Below, piece by piece: positions 47,377 to 56,300 of a stretch of 60,666 nt of DNA. The position numbers and the translations under genes are program-made. The notes under the pieces are model-generated. The model did no database searches and was not told the origin of the DNA. It was given only the letters and a program-made list of their open reading frames with translations. Source of the stretch: a virus. Lineage: Duplodnaviria; Caudoviricetes. The number at the start of each line of letters is the position of its first letter. The stretch's first letter is position 1. The DNA is taken from the IMG/VR virus record IMGVR_UViG_3300048898_000081, positions 1 through 60,666 of that record. One strand, given 5' to 3'.

Positions 47377-50300
47377 ATGCCGGACGGAGATTTTCTCGCA
47401 GAACTTAAAAAACGTGTTGGCTATAATCAGCCATCATCGCCAGACCTCGCATCTCAGCGAGCCGCGATAGAAAAGGGCGCGTCTCAACTAGGCGTCGACC
47501 CCACAGACCTTGCCTCAATAATCAGCTTCGAATCAGCCGGAAGTTTCGACCCGCATAAGGTCGGCGGTGAAGGGAACAGATACCGCGGGCTTATCCAGTT
47601 CGGACCAGATGAGCAGAAAACCTACTATCATCCGAACGATACCTTCGAATCACAGATAGAAAACGGCGTCGTGCCGTATTTCCGCGACCGGTTCAAGAAA
47701 GCCGGGAAAGACACGAACGGCGCGACGTTAAACGACCTCTACACGACGGTCATCGCGGGCAACCCGAATGCGAACCGGAACAAGACGGATTCGTTCGGTA
47801 CGTCTGCGAATAGCGGTGTTCAGAGGATCATCAAAGAGCACCGCCCAGAGGTCTTGAAGCGATATGGCTGGCAAGACCCGAACTCGACTCGATGGGCCGA
47901 CCAGAATCGGCCCTCCACGCCTCAAATAGACGCCCGCAGCGAGCTTTCGAAGCTCTTTGGAGGACTAGACGGCACTACGCCATCTCAGCCAGCCACAGGC
48001 CCGACAAATCCCGTCCAGCAGACGCTTAAAACGCCGGGACCGATGCCGGAGACGCAGACCACACTTGATGCCCAGCGAGCGGCCGCAAATGATCCACAGA
48101 GTTCGCGCGTCGGCGTTCTCTACACACATCCCGAATCATCGCCAGCGAGCCAGAACGAGATAGATATACCCGTGTCGAACGGTCAAGTCCTGCGGGTCAA
48201 TCGCAATAAGTTTCTTCAGTACAACCAGCAGACCGGCATTACCGCTGACGATATCACTTCAGGTAAAGCTGACTTTACGCCCCTGATCGGTGGCAAAGCG
48301 GCTCCGACGGGCGAGCCGTTTGGAACGCAGGGACAGGTTGCCGTGATCAGCCATGATGCGAACGGCAATGAACTTGTGTCGTCAGCCGTGCAAGACCCGT
48401 CGCAGGTTCCGGCTGAAGCCGCGTTGCAAAAGAAACAGTTTCCGAATACCCCGATCAAAACAAGTGTCGTTCCGGCGAGTGCAGTCATAGCCGGGAGAAC
48501 GGCGGCGACTCCGACCCAAACATCTTCTCCGTCCGGGTTGCCGCCTACTTCTACTGACGATAAAGCCTATCAAGCGTATCTCGCGGATGTGGCGCAGAAT
48601 CAGCCGGGAGTTACGCCGATGAGTCGCGAACAATATGCGGCGTCGGGGAACTTTGGGAAAGGCGTTGAGACCAGCTTAAATCCGAGCGATTTCAAAACGG
48701 GCGAGACTCCGGTCACTTCATCCGAGCTCGAGCAATTCCAGCCGACGCAGGATGGCGGTCAAGTCAGCTTTGCTCGTGAACAGGGCAAGCCGTCCGACGA
48801 TCTGACTGGCAAATTCGGCACATATCAGCCAAGCGAAAAGATCACGAATCCCTATCAAGCTTATGCACAGGCTCTTACAAATGTCGGCTCGCGGTACGGT
48901 CTGACGCCGGACAAGGCTCAGGAATTTGTTGACAGGCTGAAATCTCATGGACGCGGAGCTTTTGCGAACGAATGGCAGCCGGGAATGCCGATCGCCATCA
49001 CTGGAAAAGTTCTCGAGCAAGCGGGCGTCTCGGACATCGGTGCGCAGTCTGAGATGGAGCAGGCACGGAATGCTCAAGTTCAGCCAGATCTAAGTGTGCC
49101 AAAGGATGATCGCACGGCATGGCAGGCAATTCGCGGCCTGACGCCGGGGCAGGCATCGTCAGAAAACGACTACCAAGGCGATACGACGGGAGCGGAGGAA
49201 TTTGGGAAGCAGGTTGGAGCCAATCCGATGAACGCCCCGTATGCGGGTGTAGCCGGGGGCGTCGCAGATGTCGTCGCAGATGCTCTGAATGTGTTAGGCG
49301 GCATTCATACAACCGGCGTGACAGGTCTGGCGGAGAACATCGCGAGTTTCTTTGGAGGGGCGCCGAGGGAAACGGCATCAGGTCTTGGTCGAGCGGCTAG
49401 CCAGTTACGAGCATTTTCGAAGGGCACTGAGCAAGATGGCTTGCTCTATCAAATCCCGAAAACCGGCACGGAGATCGGCGGCGAATTCCCAATGTATGTT
49501 GGAGCAACTGCCCTAGCAGGCGGCAATCCTATTTTGGGAATGGCAGGCCTTGAAGGACTAAAGAGCGTCGGCCGCGGCGAAGACCTCAAACAGAACGCGA
49601 TCGAGACGGGCAAAGGTGCTGTGCTCGGTGCGATATTCCACGGAGCGGGCAAGTTTGGAGACTGGGCTGGGAAGAAAGTCGCTGGAAAGTTTCTGTCTGA
49701 GGAGACGCTGGCGGCGTTGAATAACCCCGCTTTACGAGAAGCCTACGAAGCGGCGAAAGCTCGCGGTGAAAATGTCGAACTGACACCGGACCTAAAACGG
49801 GCCTTGGTCGCCAATCGGCTTGTCAGTAACGGTACTCGGTTGGGGGTCATCGGAGGAACCGGAACGGCCGCGGCGAAGATCGAGGGAAAAGATTGGAGAG
49901 AATCAGTCAAGCAAGGGGGAATCTGGGTCTTGCAGGATATGGCCCTGTCGTATCTCGCAGGCGGGAAAGGCCGGAAACTTGAAGACCTCGATAACAAAGT
50001 TGTTCGTGTTCCTGATGAGCAAGGTCAACCGAAAGACGTTCTGCTTCGCCTGAATCCCGCGAAAGAACTTGAGGCAACCGATGTCACGGGACAGGTGCCG
50101 AAAGAGGTTGTTGACGCCCAGATCTTGCCATCGACCGAGGAAATGCAATCGCGGGCTCAACAATTCGAGGGCGGACTAACCCCTGAAGAAAGCAAGCAGA
50201 TCACCGAGCAATACATCGACAAACAGGGTCGCAAATACACGAAAGTAGCCGACCTTGAAAACGGCAACGTCCAAGTCCGCGATGAGAAAAGCGTCGAGAC

Positions 50301-53300
50301 GCAGCAGAACCCGAAGAATCTGGAAAAGGTTTATCCCGAGAGGGCCGAAGGGTTACAGATGGAGGCTCCGAAAGAGTCGGTGGCGTTAGCCGCTCGGCTG
50401 CCAATCTCTCCAATTAATGCCACGCCGCTTCAGCCCAGTGACGATAGAATTGGAGGTGACACCAAAATATTGACTGATACGATACAAAGTCCAACCTTCC
50501 GCGAGAAAGGCTTTAACGGCCTTGATGTCCCAACTAGGGAAATGGTGGTGTCTGAGATGCTCCACGCGATCCATGACCCGAAGGTTCGAGATTTCGTTGT
50601 TCAGTTTGTTCCCGTCGATGTGGTGGACAATCTCCTCCGCATCAAGAGACCGTCCCAAGTGTTGTTCCATGATAATCCGGTGCTCAAAGACGCTCTTCCC
50701 GCCAATATTAAAAATCCGATAACCTTGGGCAGAGATACATCCCTTTCGTTGATAGATGCCGTGGCACACTCTACTGCAAAAAACACGTCCGAGCTTCCCA
50801 ACGTGAGATCGGTTTCGGAAGACTTGAATCCCGCAAGTGATGCAGTTATAGGCGGCGTTGCGGCTCGCAACGAAACATCGTCGGGAGCAGAATCCGTGTC
50901 CAATCCCACTAGGGCATCGGCTGAATTGAGTTCCGCATTGGGGACAAGTAAGATGAATCGGCATGGTGCTGAACCTCCAAGTGAAAGCACTGTGTCTGGT
51001 GAGCCTGAGTCAACTTCGGGCTCGCCTTCTATTTTACCACAAAAATCATTCCCAACGCCTAGTGTCAAACGTCCGATTGAGAAGTCGAAAACGGAGACAA
51101 ACGCCTCCGGCGAAAGTGCCGGGGGGACGGGGAAGGGGCAGATTCTTCCCGACATCGAAACATTCTCCGCTCAATCAAAACAATTGCAGTCCGAGGGATT
51201 TTCGGAGCCAGAAGCCCGTTTTCTAATTTCAGAACATTATGGCGAAAAGGCTCAGAAATTCAATACAACTGGGAAAGAATATTCGACTGTTGCAAAGATT
51301 AAAAAGACATTTCCGCAACTGGTAGAAAAAGGTTTTATCGACATCCCGACGCTGAAAAACACTGGCGTTATACGCCTAACTGAGAGAGGACGGAATTTCA
51401 CAAACATTCGACTCGGAGCAAAGCCTGAATCCCTCAAGCAAGTAGCCGGCATCCGCGGCGCACAAAACCTTTCCGATTCCGAGGCTCGCAAGCAGAATTA
51501 CGTCATCGCGAAGTCGATGGATGAAGCGGGTCGTGACTCGAAACGCATTTGGCTCGCGACAGGTTGGGAAAAGGGTAAGGACGGAAAATGGCGGACGGAG
51601 ATCGATGATTCGGACGCGAAACTCGTTCCCGATAAAGCCCTCATCGGCAAATCGGAATTACGGGAAATTCTGGACTTTCCTGAACTCTACAAAGCGTATC
51701 CTGAACTTAAGCAAGTGCCCGTCCATTTCGATGAGAAGATGGCTCCTTCGACGCGCGGAGCATTGGGTAAGGATCAGGACGGCAATACGATCATAGCCGT
51801 CAACGCGGGACTCCCCTACAAACAGATCAAATCGACGCTCTTGCATGAAATACAGCATTTCATCCAGAGGGAAGAGGGCTTCCCGACTGGCGGATCGCCA
51901 GAGGCGTCGGTTGATAAGAAAAAGATTCATGACCTCGAACATCAGATAAACGAGTACAACAATCAATTAGCTGAACTTGTCGGCAAGCCGAAGTATCAAA
52001 CAGTGATGTCCGACAAACTTGCGGCTGTTAAGGAGTTGCAGTCTCTCCAAGATGAGCATGGAAGTGCGTTGGGGAAAGGAGCGGAAAAATACAACCGTCT
52101 CGCCGGAGAGGTAGAGGCTCGCAACGTCCAATATCGCCACTACATGACGCCCGAGGAAAGGGCGAAAACGCCACTGTCTGCATCTGAGGATGTTGATCGA
52201 GAATATCAGAGTTTGAAGATGGCAGCTCCGAATGAGAAAGTGGGCCTTCATTCGATCTATAATGAAAACGGGAGCATAAATTATGACAAAGCAAAAGATG
52301 TCGCCGGAAGAGTTGAAGGAGGCGAGCTTGAGATTAACAAATATGATCCAGCAGTCGAGCAGGGAAGGATTGCAGGAGGTCGCAGAAATGTCGAGGCATC
52401 CCTTATCCTTGCCGGAAGCGAGAGAGCAATTCAAGAAACATCGTCAACAAGCGGTCATGGGGTGGAATCGCACCGCAGACAAGAAAAACTCTTAGAGCAT
52501 TACGCTAAACGCGAAGGCGTCTGGTTTCAACCGGGCCATTTTCCCGACCGTCTCTATCTAGGTAAAGGGGGTGAGGCAATTGTCTATCAAAAAGACCCGA
52601 GCCGTGTCGCGAAAACCATTGATTATCGTCATATCGATAAGAGCATAACGCCTCAAAAGTTCCTCGATACCAGAATCTCGCTATTTAACTATCTATTCCC
52701 GGAATCGCATTATGAACTGATGGGCTTTATGCGGGACGCGAATGGGAAGTTTCGCATTATCGTCACTCAGCCCTTGATCCAAGGCGAAAAAGTGCCGGAC
52801 GTAGCCGCCGTTGACGCTTTTATGTCCGACAGGGGTTTTGAACATGACGAAGGTAATTCGTATTCAAACGACCTGTATCAAGTTCACGATCTTCATGCGG
52901 GCAACGTTTTACAGAGCAAAGAGGGTACTGTTTTCGTTGTTGATGCCGTTCCAAAATTCGTAAACGCAGAACAGTATCCGGCGTTCAATGTTGCTGAACC
53001 AGCTAAAGAGACCGAAACATTGTCCAAAGTTGCCGACGCCGAATCCCAAGCCCGTCTTGTAGAACTTCTGCCATACGTCCACTCGCAGGACATCATGGAG
53101 AACGCCAAGTTCGAGCGGAAAGGCGATCACCTTGAACTCAATGAGGAAGGCGGGGAACTGCTTCGCCGGTTGATGGGAACCGAATCGGGCGAGAATGAAT
53201 CGAGCTTTTTCGGAGCAACGCACTCGGCTGCGAAGCTTAGAAAGTTGGGCGACTTGGCGATGGAGAAAGCCAAGGAATACGTCAAGGATTACGGCTATAC

Positions 53301-56300
53301 AAACTCTCAGGTACGAAGCCTGCGGGAGCTTGGCGATCATCTGAGAGGTCTTGCGAAATCGGGTAAAGCGGGAATCACGTACGTCTATGATGATTCGCTC
53401 CCTGAGGAAACTCACCACGCTTTGATACTCGATGCGGGCGGAATATCGCCGAAAGCTATCGTGACCCTGAAAGAGAATCCGCTTTGGAACTCCGAAAGAT
53501 TCGATCAGGAATATCCGAACGCCTCAGACCGCGTAAAGGCCATCGAACTTGCCGCCAAGCTCGAAACCGGACAGGACTATTGGCCCGAGGTCAGCGAGGC
53601 CGATAAACAGGCGTTCCTAAATGTGGTGGCCGATGATATCATAGACAGGAATACAAAGGACGGGGTGTTGACCCTCGACCCCGATGTATTTCAGAGGCTC
53701 ATATCTTATGGCACGACTGAGACCGGCAACGCCGAAAGAAGCGAAACGATCCAACCAGCAGAATCAGGAAGCGAAAGCGTTGGAGAACCTGGTGGTCCGC
53801 CGAGCGAAACAACGGGGCGTGAAGGTAAAGTTTCCACGCCAGAAGGCGACATCACTGGTAATGGAGCCGCCGAAACCGCTGCAGACGAGACCGGTGTCGT
53901 TCGACCAGCCGAAGAAGGCCAACCCGCCAATGAAGCAGAGCGATCGGCAGAGCGAGGATTAAAAGAACGGAAAACCGTACAATCCGCTCACGATTTCGGC
54001 ATCCTTAACAAAAATCTCAGCGGCGACGAAACCCGCTATTACGAGACGAAATCGAACGACTCGACCGAGCGAGCCGCACAAGACCACGTTGAAAAAGTTG
54101 GATTCTCGAATGCCTTTAACGAGGCGATACTTGCCCCGTCTGAAAACGTTTCCCGTCTTGAGCATACCGCTAATCAAATGGCGGTCTTGCAAATCCTTGC
54201 CAAGAACTCAGCCGACGCGTTGAACGCCGGAAATCAAGAACTCCACGACTATTACGAGGAACAAGCCCAAGCCGTGATGCGGTCGATGGCGCCGGAAAAT
54301 ACCGATGCGGGACAAGCCATTCAGCTATTGAGCCGTTGGAAAATTACCAATCCCGCGACCGTCATCAACTTTACGAAGATGAAGATGGCCCAGAAGGGAT
54401 TGAAGCCGGAGATCCCCGCCGAGACGCAAACAAAGCTGACGGAAAATGCCCAGAAGCTAACGGACGCTCAGGCGAAAATTGATGCCCTGAATGCAAAGAT
54501 CGAATCGCTCGAAAAAGGCAAGCGTCAGTACGAGAATAAGGGCAAGAAAACCAAGCCGCTGACCTCAGTTGAGAAACGGGTTTTGGACAGCCTTGAGAAG
54601 CTGAAGAATGACGCGATCGCTCGGCTGACTAAGGTGCCGGATTCGTTGAAGATGGTTGCCTGGCACGGCTCGCCTCACAGGTTCGATAAGTTCGACATTT
54701 CGAAGATCGGCACGGGCGAAGGTGCGCAAGCGTATGGTCACGGACTTTACTTCACGGACAAGGAAAGCATTGCAGACCACTACAAAAATAAGTTAGCCAG
54801 CAAGAACGGACTAGAAGTTCACTTTGCCGATACTAAGCAACAGATGATTATGCAGAAGATCGGGGATATGAACTTTTTCCCCGATCGGATGGATCGTTTA
54901 GCGCTCGGAACGCTATGGAACCATCGCGATATTGATAAAGCCCTGGCATTCGCCCGACAGCAGATCGCCGACAATAAGATTGAACGCGAACTATACCGTG
55001 AAATTGAGTCGCGTCTGAAGGAATGGAAAGATCGTGGGGCGTATGTTCTCGGCAATGAGGGAGCTAAATACAAAGTAGACCTCAAGCCCGAAGCCGACGA
55101 ATATCTTTTGTGGGACAAGCCTCTCAGCGAGCAGAGCGAGAAGGTGAAGAAGGGGCTGGAAAAGCTTCTCGACGACCAGACGCTTGAGGACATGGCGTTT
55201 CAAAATATCGCCGTTAATACCGCCGAATCACACCTCGACCCCGATGTAACGGGCATGGGATTGTACAAAGACCTTACACGGCTCTACGGCGATAAAGCCG
55301 ATGTGTCCGACGCTTTGCACACAAACGGCATCCGCGGCATCAAGTACCTCGCGGGCGATTCACGCAACAAAGGCGAAGGAAATTACAACTACGTCATTTT
55401 CGACGATAAAGACGTTGATATTCTCGACTCGTTCAAAATGGCGGCTCCGTCGCCTCTCGCCGATGACATCCGTAACGACCTAACCGACGTTGGAGCTTCT
55501 ATCTTGCTCGAAGGCTGGCACGGCGAACCGATCACGCCCGAACAATTTCATAAAGAATTGACAAAGCTCGTCGGAAAAGGTTACGAAGCATTTTACAAAC
55601 AGATTCATGCCGAGTCCGTCGCCAAAATGGACGCGCGGATAAAGGACGAAAAGCTCAAGGGCGAGCTCGACCGTTTGCGTGAGGCGAATCCCGATAAATC
55701 GGACGCGGAACTCGCCGAACTCAATAAAAAGAATAAGGCCGAGACGAAGGAAAAGAATCAGGTGCGGGCCGAGCATCGCAAACTCGCCAATGAATTTCTG
55801 AAGGCCCCGTCGAAAGCAGCCAAAGAGCAAAAGCTGACGGCTAAAAAGATCGAGGATTTTCTGAATGCCGCCGCCGAGACTGACCTGTTCGCAGATGACG
55901 CAACACTCGCCGCCGCTCTTGCCCGAGAATCGGGTGCCGTCGGAACGTCAGAGGTGATGTCGAGGCTCAAACAATTGATGCCCGAACGGTTCAAACCCGA
56001 AGCATCCGACACCATCACCCAGAGAAAAGAGAAACAGCGAGACCTCAATAACAGCGTTGCTGAGGGCGAGAAGCTATACAAGGCCGTCAACAAGGCACAG
56101 CAAGCCCGCAGGCAAGCTCTACGCGATCAGTTGGGCAACGTGTCGCCGGAAGCCCGAAAGGAACTGGAAGCGGCCAAGACCGCCCGGCGTGAGGCTCAAA
56201 GCGACCTGACCAAGATGGTCAAGCAGACGACCCAGCCGCCGCCGACGGTGATGCACAAGGTTGCTCAAATCTCCCGTGCGTCAAAGGTCGCACTTATCCA

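Noticed and set aside
51063-51068. TTGACA as the -35 of the HNH promoter
   Set aside because: It lies 26 nt from the -10; spacing too long
50370-51100. Group I intron or intein housing the HNH
   Set aside because: The HNH is antisense, the plus frame is open and no Hint or intron core motifs were recognised by eye (not computationally excluded)
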